NCBI GenBank assembly: GCA_020137815.1
Contig: CM035354.1
Span: forward strand, 3,658,001 to 3,722,000
Direction: 5' to 3'
Source of the DNA: Hormiphora californensis
Taxonomy: Eukaryota > Animalia > Ctenophora
Length of the DNA: 64,000 nucleotides
The translations under genes and the position numbers were made by a program. The notes under the pieces were generated by a model. It worked only from the letters and a program-made list of their open reading frames with translations, searched no databases and was not told the DNA's origin. The number at the start of each line of letters is the position of its first letter. Positions within the stretch are counted from its first letter, which is position 1. Below, one piece after another: positions 47,322-59,526 of the stretch.

Positions 47322-49861
47322 ATGCCGAAGCCAGTCGGAGGCAACTACCTCTCCAATACCTACCGCTCTGATCGGATCATAACACCACTCGCACCCGATC
47401 GCCATACATCCTCTAAATTTTCGTAAGTTAGTTTACCGGGATGCCCAGGGAAAAGGGTTTTGTCTGGTAAATTGGAATGTAATGCCGGGTACATCAGGGT
47501 CAAGTACATACTTCGGGGGATGTTTATCCTCCCGGTAAATCGGAGTCCGACTGTACCTCTAAAACTCCCCTTCCTCCAGGTACAACCAGGTGACGGGTAG
47601 TATGAGGGGTCCCTCCATGAAATGGGGTCGTGGAGAGGACTATGGACTCCACATTGGAGATGGGGATGAGGCGATTATTAAGGGACACAGACACTTCACT
47701 TCCGGATTTGAGAGCCGCCCTGAGTAAGTTCGAGGGGTTGGGCCGCCAATAAACAGTGAGTGCTGGTGCTGTCATGAGTCATGATCATGACTGCAGACAT
47801 CATTCTCTCGAGTTTAGAGCCTGTTATAACGCCTAGTAAGCTACTTGTGGCGACACGGTACTGTACTTCTTGGTCACATGTTATTTCAATTGTCTTTTCA
47901 ATGGCGGTAAAGTACAGTGGTGGTACTGCACTGTACCGTACAATGTAGAGTTTTATCGTGCAACGTTTTAAACAGTTTTCTATTTTTGGACAATAGGCCT
48001 ATTAGAATTGAAGAGAAAGTAAATGGAATCATATAAACGAGAATACTACAGAATCCAAAACACGTTTTGGATTCTATAGTATTCTCGTATTATCTTATTC
48101 ATAAGAATCGTTAATAACATAACATCTCTTCAGGGATGTGGACATGACCACTCTGGTCGATTTGACGATGTTAAAGAAATCAAACACACGACCAAGAGAT
48201 CACTTGTAAGTTTCTCTCTGTTTAGATCTACCTGACTGTTTTGAAATATCCCGCGATCCCTTGGTAAACCCAGACAGGTGCAATAACAACAACCTTCCTC
48301 TCTCACAGGGTTATTGAGCCTCAGAAGATTAACATACAGGACAGCCAGATCAAATTAGCATTTCCTCAAAATCACAAGTACTTCTCTCATCTCTCTGCCA
48401 AGGACATCTTCCCCCAACACAAACCCCCAACTAAAAAGGTCGCTGTTGTTGAGGAACAGGTCGAGGATGCTGAGGATTCAGACGGTATGTTTAGTAGTTG
48501 TTGTTGTAGTGCCCCCGCTTCCAATCTTGGGCTGCTGTCGACGGTATGTGTGTGGTATTTTGTTGTAGTAGGTCACATCTCACACCTCACACGTTGTTGT
48601 AGGTATTGCCGCCTTCACCGGGGAAGGGGTTTCAGGAAATCTATAGCATCATCATTCAACAAAGCTAAATTCCTAAGGGGAAACTCTAACTGAATGGCAT
48701 CCCATTAATGGGATCCCATCAGCAGTACAACTCTAACTGATAATGAACCACAGTGATGGTTCTTTCTCTGTATTCTCTCTGTAGCAGTACATTGGGCATG
48801 CCCGGGCATTGATTGATTGGGCGCGCACACAGAGAGAATACAGAGAAAGAACCATCACTGTGGTTCATTATCAGTTAGAGTTGTACTGCTGATGGGATCC
48901 CATTAATGGGATGCCATTCAGTTAGAGTTTCCCCTAACTACCGTTCCTACCAAGTTGCCATACGAAACTACTTTTCCTTCCTGCCTCCAACATTAATCCC
49001 CCATTATTAAACAACAAGTCAACAAACTAAACAGAACTTGTTATTATCTAGATGAGTATGACGTGCCGCCCACACTGGTATACGACAGGGAGCACAGACC
49101 CAACATACAATCCTCTACCAAGGGTTGCCCCTGGAGATCCGAAACCATAAACAGCGACTGGGTATGTTGGGAACGGGGAGGGAGGGTAGATTGGGTATGT
49201 GTGTTTGGGGAGGGTAGATTGGGTATGTGTGGGGGTTTACTGGGTAAAATGGGTATGTATGGGGACTGGGGCAGACTGGGTAATGTATGGTATGTGTGTT
49301 GTGGTGTGAATGGGGGTGATATATTACAACAAATCGATGCAGCTGTGAAATACTATGTTATGCATAGTGGCTACAGTAGGCCGTCCTGCAGTGACCAATT
49401 ATTAACCCCCTATTACCACCAGAGACCAGAACCAGTTGCCCGACCTCTGGAGCAACAAGTGGCCGCTGAAACATTCAATCAGCACAAATCATTCGCACGG
49501 AAACTGAAGGAAACCCACTACACTCGTATCCACGGAGCAGCGGTACGTAACAGTCGACCCCTTATAAATTGTTGAGTAATGGGGGCGGGGTATCTCACCC
49601 CTTACTCAACAAATTATAAACCCATCATGAAAGATAGTAGTTTTAGATTGAAACCAACCGTTAAATGTTCCCCTCACACAGGTAGCCCCAAGAACCTCAG
49701 AACCGCTGGCCCTTGCTGACTACAAGCCCAACTGGAAGCATGATATTTTGAGGTCCTTTAACAGCCGACACTGTGAATCTCTCCCAGATATAAGAACCAA
49801 GGGCAGTCACAAGAAACACATCTTCTACGGTGTTAATGTCATGTCAATTGAACATGGTTAA
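47322..49861 (+). CDS. C7orf31/SPMIP4-like (putative axonemal microtubule inner protein), ~7 exons
   Basis: Exons join as MPKPVGGNYLSNTYRSD..; IKLAFPQNHKYFSHLSAKDIFP, STKGCPWRSE and terminal ILRSFNSRHCESLPDIRTKGSHKKHIFYGVN recall conserved C7orf31 blocks; one apparent frameshift near 48425. Confidence 0.6.
48038..48087. repeat. Near-perfect 24-bp-arm hairpin, intronic
   Basis: cgagaatactacagaatccaaaac ac gttttggattctatagtattctcg. Confidence 0.85.
48677..48934. mobile_element. Young PIF/Harbinger-type MITE, ~105-bp perfect TIRs, TAA TSD
   Basis: taa|ggggaaactctaactgaatgg..tctctctgt [spacer] acagagagaa..ccattcagttagagtttcccc|taa. Confidence 0.92.
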
Positions 49862-50927
49862 TGTGAACTGAGAATATATATTTAGGAGAGATCGGAGAGA
49901 TAAAATGGGACAATATGTGTATCTTCAGTAGTATTTGTTTTAGATTTTGTAGATTTCCAAAATCCTGGTTTCATTTTGTAGAAAATAGCGTTTGTAGTTC
50001 ATTTGGCCTTTGGGCCCAACCAATTGTAGATGGTCGACCTGCCAGCAGCTGCAGTCCGGATATCATTGTATTTTAGCTTAGGTGACTGTATGGTCATCCA
50101 CAAATGCTTGTGAATAATTCACAGTCACATGCCCTACCTTCAATGATTTCATTCCCCCACACTCACAGCCAATCCGGAAAGTTTGAAGGGCTGGGAGTGC
50201 GCGTCAGCTGAAAAGTTGTGCTTTCTATAATAAGGCGCGCACATTATGCTAGTCTCGAGGATGTTACACTACACACACGGCTGACGCTGCGATCAGTGTG
50301 TGGGAACCAGGAATGAATAATTAATAAAGAAGGGGTATGCGAGATAATTTGTCGGTATGGGGTCGGAGCCAGGATCTGTCATTTTTTGATACGAAATATG
50401 GTGTGAACCCGCAAACGCGACGAATATTTACTAAACTATTGTTATCGTTTCCGTTTCAATAAGGAGGTGCCGCGTTTCCGCAGCACCCGCTACCACAAAT
50501 TACACGCCCAGACTATGAACATTTGTCACAACTGCAAGCTTCATCGTATCGGTGTGCAATGATACGACTCCACTCGGGGGTTGACCCTAAAAGATCGGCC
50601 AGATCCCCGGCGTCAGGTAAGTATGCTGATGGGAGGCAAGGAGGGTAGGTTTAAATTTCAGTATAGAAACTTTCCTTGTGTTTGACTAAGAAAACAAAGA
50701 ATTTTAAACGTGAATAAACAGATAAATATTGAAATGAATATTTACAGAGTGGGACAAAACCATCGTCAAAAAAACCCCAAAAACAGGAAAATAATACAAA
50801 AATATCGAAATTGTCTACGTCTTAAAACGCACTAAAAACAAAAGCACTGGAAAACTGATATCACATTACACAGTCTGCAGATGGTATCCAAAAGCAAAGA
50901 AGGGGAAGAACTGCACAATTCATTCAA

Positions 50928-52284
50928 CTAAATTGTCTTCTTGGGGGTAATTGAGATGTTTTGTTTAATCATTTCCAGCATATGTTGATCGTATTCCTTC
51001 ATTTTCTCTTCAGCAGCCAGCTTCTCTTCTTCTGTTACCGGGTATCCGTTCTCCCTGAGAGACGAAGAGAGTAAGAAGGGGAGATCTATTGGGAGGGTTC
51101 TCCCTGAGACACATTGGGAGGGTTAAGCTGGAGCTAAATGACTGACGACTGGGTCTATCAACGACTGAACACATTATCATTCAAACAGGTGGTTTAAAAA
51201 GTACTAAAAATGATATTATATTCACATCTCATTTAGTTGCTTCACTCACGTCTCTCCCACAGATCATTCTCACTCACACTTTCAGTCTCAAATACACTTC
51301 TAAACCGTTTAGGCTTTGAAACATCACATTTACACACTGTACCACTCAGTTTTACACACACTGCACTCAGTGCACCACACTGCTGCACATCATCAGTCAC
51401 TTGGAAACCCGGCAACTGACCTCAGTACGGGCTCTTTAGAGAAGGTATTATCAGGTTTAACTTTGCACACGTGCTGAAACTTTGTTATCTCGTTGTTTTC
51501 CGGGATCTTGTCCAATAGGAATAGTCCCAGTTCTGCACCTCGATCCACATTCAATTTGGAAACCTGATTGTGAGGGTCAGGGGGGGTGAGGGTCAGGGGG
51601 GGGGATGTGGGTGGTTGAGGTGCAGCTAAGTATAAACCACTGCCATATTATTATTTTGAAGTATTTGGACAATATATGTTTTCTTTCAAGAAAAGAGATA
51701 ATGAGAAAGTGATAACTTACCTTATGCCACCAGATTTTCTCCAGTTGCTCCACAGCGTTGCTGACTCTGATCGTGACACCCGTACTGCCGTCCACCATAA
51801 TGGTGCTAATATAGACACCCTCACCCAGCGTCACCTCACTATTAGTACAGTTGATCACCTCTAGAAATGAGGTAATGTTCCCAAACCTCAAAATCACCTT
51901 GGTGTCCTTACAGTTCTCTATTGACACCTGAGAATAGGAGAGATGGAGGGGTATTGGGGGGGGGGGGTGGGGTGCAAATCAGTCTGGGTATTCAATCTAG
52001 GACCTATTTTTTGGTACAACAATAGATCATAAGAGGATCATTATAAGAAGAAGACGATACAGAATGGTATTTGATTAAGGGAGAGGGTTGTTGCCTTTCC
52101 CGTCATTCATTCTAATTGGAATCCATACCTTGGTACACTTGCTGGCAACAGTAACTACACAGTTATTGCAGTCCACTAGATACACACTCTCATTCATCTT
52201 CCCAGTCCACTCGAACACCTCACCCTCCCTCTTCTCGATAGTGGACCGCTGCATCGCTTTCCGAGGGTCTAACGAGATTGCCAT
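50928..52284 (-). CDS. Stand-alone C-CAP/cofactor-C-like beta-helix protein, 4 exons
   Basis: Repeating rungs SVYLVDCNNCVVTV, KVSIENCKDTKVIL, LEVINCTNSEVTL, TIMVDGSTGVTIRV; ends ENGYPVTEEEKLAAEEKMKEY..KKTI*. Confidence 0.7.
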
Positions 52285-52870
52285 AGCTGTAGTGTGCTAG
52301 ATTGGGGTGGGTTTAGCATTGGGGAGTGTACTTTCGAACTTGAGGGTGGATGAATGGGGTGGAAGACGGAAGTCTAGTGTTTGGTAGATGATCTAATTGT
52401 TTGGGATTTGGGGATCTGAGCAGACAGTGAAAGCACAGGGGAATTTAAAAAAGGGGGGGAAGATTCATTGACACTATAATTTCACAAACAAGAGAAAACA
52501 CGATTTACACTCTTTACTCGCTGGGGATGTATCCTTGATTCACACACCACACTCACACTCACACTCTTAGATTCACACATGACACATGTCACACCCAGAC
52601 TTGATGACTTGATCCCTGATCTCTGTAAGGAAAACTCTTGATATATTCGAGACCGCACTGCCCGCAGTGAGGATCAATAATTTATACAGCATTCCTACAC
52701 AGCAAAAACACAACAGAAGAGTTTTAAATCACACAATTAAACGTGGTCCACGTCCCTCCTGGAGACACACATAAACATGGTCTGTCTCTTGGATTCACTC
52801 ATGTCTCTCCCACAACTGTATATCCATTATCCAATCAATCAATCCATGGGTCCAATACAAGATGGGGTCT

Positions 52871-55800
52871 TTAGAAGATGGGGATATAATTCTCAATTTT
52901 ACTCTTATTCTTCTGTGCGATACACTCAGCGATCCAAACAATGTTTCGGTTTTCTTGTTCCTTCAGCTTTACAAAGGCAAAGAAAACTCCCAAGTGGAAG
53001 GAATTCATGAAACCAAGGCACAACATCTTAACCTGAGTGAGGGATGAGGGGGGAGGGGGTTAGTGAAGGAGGAGGGCCGAGGGGTTAGTAGATTATATCA
53101 CCTCACGGTGAGGAGAATGGGTAGTTTTGTTGGGGTATATTGTAAGAAAATAGGGACAGGAAGTAATGATGGAATGTTATATAGCAAACATGTGACATTT
53201 AACATGCACCCTTTAACATGCCCCCCATGTATTATATACACGTTTTAACATGCACACATACCTCTTCTTCAAAGAATCTGTCCTCCAGGGTCTTGTCATT
53301 AGGTCCATCTCCCACACCAGTGTGAAGATCTTTATACGCTCCATATCGTTCCAGAATCCTCCTAACTTCTTCCCGGTCCTCAGCGTTTTTTAGGAACTTT
53401 AGTCCCTCAGGGTACAGGGTACCTGAGAGATGGGTTAGATAGTAAGGGAGAAGAAGCGGGGGTTATAGATGTCAGTTGTCACAGGGGTCGGGGCGGGGGT
53501 AACTCACCACACGTTGGGTAAAGATTCTCTATATCATCTTTCAGTAGATCAGTACGGAACGAGTTGATTGTGATGGTTATAGCTCGTCTATCTGCCTCAA
53601 ACTGAAACATATATCGGGGATGTTATTTAGTTTGGCAAGTGATTTTGGTGACGGACTGACGGTGCTCAACAAATACAGAGTGAACTGGAGCTTTTGTATC
53701 GGGGATGTAACACACACCCTGTCTAGTCCAAATTATAACCCCTTAACCCCCAGATATATCATTGCCAGTATCTTGCTCTTAGTTCTTACCGCGAGAATGG
53801 GACACATAACCTCAGCGGTCACACCACCCAGCTCAACACAAAAAGCATAGAAATCCTCAAGGTAAGTCTTGTAGAGTTTGTTTCGGAGAATCTCAATGTT
53901 CATCTCATCAAGATCGTTCTCGTCCTATGGGGGGAGTTGAAAAGATGTTAAGGATATTTGTTTGTAACCTGGAGCCTGAAATTGTGCAGTTACCTGAGAG
54001 TTGGGCCTGGGGGCGGGGGCAAAGGGCAGAAAACCCGACTCTAAAAAAGAGGAGAGAGAGAGACATCTGGAACTATTCCATCCCAGGCTGGGAGTGTGTA
54101 GTTACCTGGACGCATTCCTTAAAGAAAGGTGCGAGGGGAGTGTCGACCATGACGGCATTGAAAAGCTCGGCAGGGCTCTGTGCGATTGAAATGGTGGCCA
54201 GTTCATCAAATTTCCCCAGGGGGTGACACCGGGGGAGTAGTTCCATGATAGGTCGGTTTCGGAGAGTGCCAGTTATCAACAGGATGATGTTGTCAATCAT
54301 GTACCTGCAGTGGAGATTGTTATCAATCATTTACCTGGTGATGAATAGAATGTTATACAGAGGAATGCACCTGCAGTGGAGAGAATGTTATTATAGAGGA
54401 ATGTACCTAGAGGAAAGGGAAATCAGGGAGGCCGAGGGGGGCCCGGCCGAGGAGAGTAGTTAGAGGTTGGAAAACTATGATGTGATCTGAGTGTTTGTTG
54501 ATTTTGGAGCACATTTACTAAATTGAGGTGCATCTCAAGTTTGTATTAGCACTATTACTGTCTACACAACGACCTACCCCCACTCACCCCCCCGTTACTG
54601 TTTACACTCTATGTACTGGATAACCAAGAACTGTTAGCACCTTTTTAACAACAGACACATACATTATATGAATTGTCTTGCTCGACCCTCTCTCACTAGT
54701 CACTCACTGCGCCCCGCGACGGCAGAGAGAGCTTTTACAAATACCGTTATCGAGGGTTATGACAAGGGATTAAACAAGGAATCAAACAAATATACATCTA
54801 TAAAACCAACTGTATATTGAGTGTCTCACCCGTATGTGATGTAATCCAAGAACTCGCTCATAGGGGCTGTACACTGATTTCTAATGTGGGTAAACTCATG
54901 AACTAGCCTCTCCTTTAGCCGCTCATCAATAGTCTGTACCATTAGAGGTGAGGGGTCGTTAGCCAACAGAGGACCATAATCAGTTCCTTGGAGGTGCAGC
55001 TTCAAATCTGAAACAGGTTGGTGTGTATACTGTATGAGTACCATGGCACATGTCATGTGGGCATGATGCCCAAACAAGAATTATGTTATCACTTATCAGT
55101 ATAATTCTAAATAGCAAGGTCTCTTCTACCCAACATTGCAGTAGGGTAGACCGGGGTAATTTGGACGGTTTTGGCATTCAATTGGTATTTCAAGAGCCAT
55201 TAATTTACTTAATCAATTAGTTAGCTACTCAATTTGTGCAACTGAACCTTTATCTTGAGCCTCAGAACAAATTTGAATCGAAAACATAACTTTTAGATAG
55301 CTAATTAACCTTGTTAATGAAGGTAACTCGGAATATTTTTGATCGCGAGACACGGGGCAATTTGGACTAGTGGCTTCTAGACCAATCACAATGCGCGCAT
55401 TCAATCACGTGACCGCGACACACCACATTGCCCCAGCTGTAAATCTGTGATGTAAATCAGACCGAGGTTGGGGCTATTTGGACAAACTTAGATTGTAGCC
55501 ACAGTTTTTGAGATATCGATTTCAAACTTTTCAGTCATCTAGTAATTTAGTATCCCGTGCTATTCCTTTTTTCAAAATTAGTTAATTAAGTAGTAATTAG
55601 CCTAATTAACCAAAAAATTAAGTGTTCATCAGATCTATATCTATAGGGTGCATTTTCGAAAGCTCAGGATTAGCCTAGTCGATTAGAAAAGATTTAATCT
55701 AATCCCAAATAGGGTTTTTGAGAAAATCGACATCAAAGATCAAAAAACCACAAATAAAGCTACGGTTTTCAAAGGAATGCTGTTTGTGTTTTCAGGTGCT

Positions 55801-57087
55801 TACAAGGCCAGAAATTACTATTATGGGGATCCAGTCTAATTAATCATGTTAGTGGCCGATTCCCACTCAATGCAATTCCCTGGAGTTACTATAGCAACGG
55901 AGTTTGTTACCATAGTAACCGGCGAATTTGCATTAATGTACTATTTTCTTGCTCCAAATTCACCCATTACATCCGTATTATTAGACTATCGATTATTTAA
56001 ACATGATTGTGAGTCACAATGAGACATCAGACTACCTTCAGTTACCAGCCAGTCAGGGGCTTTGGTTATCAAATGTATGCCTATTGCTCTAAGTTAGCCT
56101 GTAATTTATCCCTTTATTCAGTTATATCAGCTGCATATGGATGATTATCATGATAAAAAAACTACTTTTGGTCATCAAAGCACCAGTCCTAGATATTCTG
56201 GAGCACCCTATGAAGTTGGTTTGTCGAATGCCACACCATGTATTGACTTGTTACCTTGGCAACCAGAGAATTGGTTGTAAAATGCACCTTTTTTCTATTT
56301 TTTTGGTCTATTTACTCAGTTTTAGCCATCTATATTGATTGAATAGGATAATTATGAAAGCAGGTTGTCTATGGTTACCATAGAAACGAGTATAATGGCG
56401 CCATGAGGCCAATTTGTTTTAACCAATTTGCCCCATGGGGCAATTTGGTCTAGTCCAAATTGCCCCATGGGGCAATCTGGATTATGACCGAATTGCCCCC
56501 GATTTTTTCGTCCGAATTGCCCCAAATTGTCCGAATTGCCCCGCTTCATTAAAATGCCAATTAGCTAATCAAATCGAAAGCTAATGTCATTTTGATGATG
56601 AAACTGAATAGAAAAGTATCATATTGTGAAATTCTTACCCTTAATTTAAATAATTATCATAATTAAGTTTACCGAAATAAAGTTTAACTTTAAAGTCGTC
56701 ATTTTTCGTTATTTCACACTAAACACCACAATTTAAAAGTCCCATATAAATCACTAGTCCACATTGCCCCGTCCTGTGACCACATTGCCCCACCGTCCAA
56801 ATTACCCCGGTCTACCCTACACAGCAACAGGTATTGGATTCCTCTGACATATTATTAGTATTCTAGTACTTCACAATTCAAGAGTTTCACACTCACAAAC
56901 TACCCTCCAAGTAACACATATTATTCTAGTACTTCACATATATTCCGCCCTGTATTTTAATACCTTCGAGAGTTTCACACTCCACTAGATTGTGGTAGTC
57001 GTTCTTCTTCAAGATCCCAGATCTGAAGCCCCTGACTAGACCATCAAAGTAGCCATTATCGATATTGAATGTGAGTGAGTCACCCAT
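52871..57087 (-). CDS. ATP6V0D1: V-type ATPase V0 subunit d, multi-exon
   Basis: [131 protein letters not shown]. Confidence 0.97.
55141..56820. mobile_element. 1.68-kb non-autonomous DNA transposon in ATP6V0D intron 1, 29-bp perfect TIRs
   Basis: gtagggtagaccggggtaatttggacggt / accgtccaaattaccccggtctaccctac; repeated subterminal ttgcccc/ggggcaa motifs; no transposase ORF. Confidence 0.9.
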
Positions 57088-57782
57088 TCTATACACAAGT
57101 TAGGAGGGGAGATGTTTTAATCAAGTTTGGGGGGGGGGGGGGGGTAGTAAGGCCTTGCTAGATAGGGCTAGGGCCTAGGGGTAAGTAAATTTATCTAGTC
57201 ACAGGGGGGAACTTAGGGGTTTGGGTTGTGTCAGAAAGGAAACTAGAGAGAGATGGTAGTCTACGCGTGTCTATGTGTTAAAACGTGATAAAAATAACAG
57301 TTTCACAATGTGCTGTCACTTGTTGCAAATAATTTATGAAGGAGCACTTGTTGCATAGGATAACTAGAGCTAGATGCAGATATAATTGTCTCTCATATTT
57401 TCCAGTCACGGCGGCGGGTGCAGAACTCCAGCTGGTTCATATCACGTGCACAGAGAGAGGATGGAGGGGTTGTATAAAATTGTTCGATGTAGTAGGACTG
57501 CAGGTGCTATGGTGACCCCTTGGTGGTATAACGGTAGAAAATGATGGTCCTTGCATTTTGCAGAGGAGGAGGAGGCAATTGCAGTGCGGTAGTTCCGGGT
57601 GTCAGTTGCCGGGAGGATTGGTGGGAATCACGCTCTGAAGAGAAGAATGCAATGAGATATCGGAGGAGGGGGTTGCAGTTGGGGATAAGGGGATAAGGGG
57701 GGGGGGTATATGGGAGAGACATAGAGCTAGAGGGAGGGTAAAATAATAAAAGTGTGTTCATGAGATGTGAGTCTTACCTCTA

Positions 57783-58881
57783 TTACCAACCCCGACCTCT
57801 GTCACGATTATTTTTCCGTTGATGGTGTTGCTGTGACGGTTTGTTATCGACCCAGACCCATGCCGGTTTACCTTGTTGATCTTGTTGCCACACCCACCGA
57901 CCATCTTTCTTTGCTACCTTTTTCTTCTCAGATTTACCTGGCCCCTTTTCCGTTTTCTCAGGTGCTTTCTCGGGTACTTCTGTCTTCCCAGATGTCTCAT
58001 CCTTCTCAGGTAGCTCTGACTTCTCTTCAACTATCCCTATCACTTCTTTCTCAGGACTAGGCGGTTCTCCCTTCGATGATTCAGGTTTCTTTTCCTCTTC
58101 GTCTACAGCAGACTCACCTTCTTTCACAACATCTTCTTCCTTCTTCTCCCCATCTTCCTTCTTCTCCCCCTCTTTATCGCCTTCCTTCTCAACTTGCACT
58201 CTTACCTTCTTCAGCACTCCCCTCCTTACTCTCCTCCTGCCCCTCACCTGGTTTCATGTTATAGTACTGCTCATAATACTCGAACTCGGTGTCTACATGA
58301 GTATCCTGTTGGGCGATCTGGAAAGTAATGGGCTCTAACGAATCAAACACATTCCTGCTAGGTCCGATGATTGTAACCAGCCGTTCATTAGGTACCACGT
58401 TCTCCTTGCTCTGGGTTATTGCCACTACTATGTTGAAATGCCGGGAAATATCCTTCACCACTGAACCTCTCGAACCGATGATTTTACTCGCTGCCCGGTC
58501 GCTTACAATTAACTTCATTTGCCCCTGCCTTGGCCCAATTGAGTTTGTTCCTGACTCATCGGTCACAAGATACGGATCATCGATAATCTGGTCCTGGAGT
58601 AAACAGCACGCCCGATGTACAAGTTGGGGTGGACCAGAGAGTGACACCATTCTCTCATCTCGCGTTCCCGGGTAGAACTGGCCCTTCGCAGAGAGTTTCA
58701 AATTGAAGTTGTTGAAGCCACCTGTTTGGTCTCTAATTCTTTTAAGTGCTGCAGCTTTCTTGGAAAGTAGGGCACCTACGACTACATCTGGCAGCAAAAA
58801 CTTGATTGCGATTTCGGTTGGCTGCCGTTGCCGTTTGGCTTTTTCTTGATTCACAGTTTCTCCAGCGGTTCTCTTAGACAT
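57783..58881 (-). CDS. NOVA-like RNA-binding protein with two KH domains and a charged tail (apparent frameshift ~58200; 3' end uncertain)
   Basis: KH1 IKFLLPDVVVGALLSK..LKLSAKGQFYPGTRDERMVSLSG (NOVA-type FYPGT.ER); KH2 RQGQMKLIVSDRAASKIIGSRG..NERLVTIIG. Confidence 0.75.
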
Positions 58882-58930
58882 TTCTAACAGCTTAAAATTA
58901 TTCAGTTTCCTATTTCAAAGTTGATAAGGA

Positions 58931-59155
58931 TAGGGATCCCTAATAAAGTTGTGACTTGTCACCAAACATGTGGTTCCCGTGGCGGCGCGGCTTCAAAATG
59001 CGCGATTGTAACTTGTCACCGCATGGTTTGCGCCGCGCCGCAGCTACGCGCAGTGGGAACCACGTGCGTTTTGGTATGCGCACACGCGGTGACAAGTCAC
59101 AACCGCGCCTCCGCAAGACTACAGTGACAAGTCACAACTTTATTAGGGATCCCTA
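58931..59155. mobile_element. 225-bp MITE with 32-bp TIRs just upstream of the NOVA-like gene
   Basis: tagggatccctaataaagttgtgacttgtcac / gtgacaagtcacaactttattagggatcccta. Confidence 0.88.
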
Positions 59156-59164
59156 AAGTCCATT

Positions 59165-59526
59165 TTTATTCAACTGTTCACCCCTCAACTCGTGCGCGTG
59201 CGATATTTTAATTTACGATGCGCGCGCTACACGTTAACATGTGATAAACGCGCAAAACAATTCCGCGCACGACTTTGGGGGGTGAACAGTTGAAAAAAAA
59301 TGGAGTATATTACGGCGGACCTTGGAGGGAAAGTTAAAGAGCAAACGAAGCTGGCGGGCGGCGTTTGGCATAAAGTCGGATTTTTTGAAACTGTCACCCC
59401 AAAATGACCGCGCATGTGAAATTTATCAATTTTGACGCGCACACCACATGTTAACATGTGATGTGACGCGCAAAAACATTCCGCGCACGAAAAGGGGGGT
59501 GACAGTTTCAAAAAATCCGACTTTAC
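59165..59526. repeat. Tandem inverted-repeat units (transposon remnant)
   Basis: caactgttcacccc/ggggtgaacagttg and aaagtcggattttttgaaactgtcacccc/ggggtgacagtttcaaaaaatccgacttt. Confidence 0.7.
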
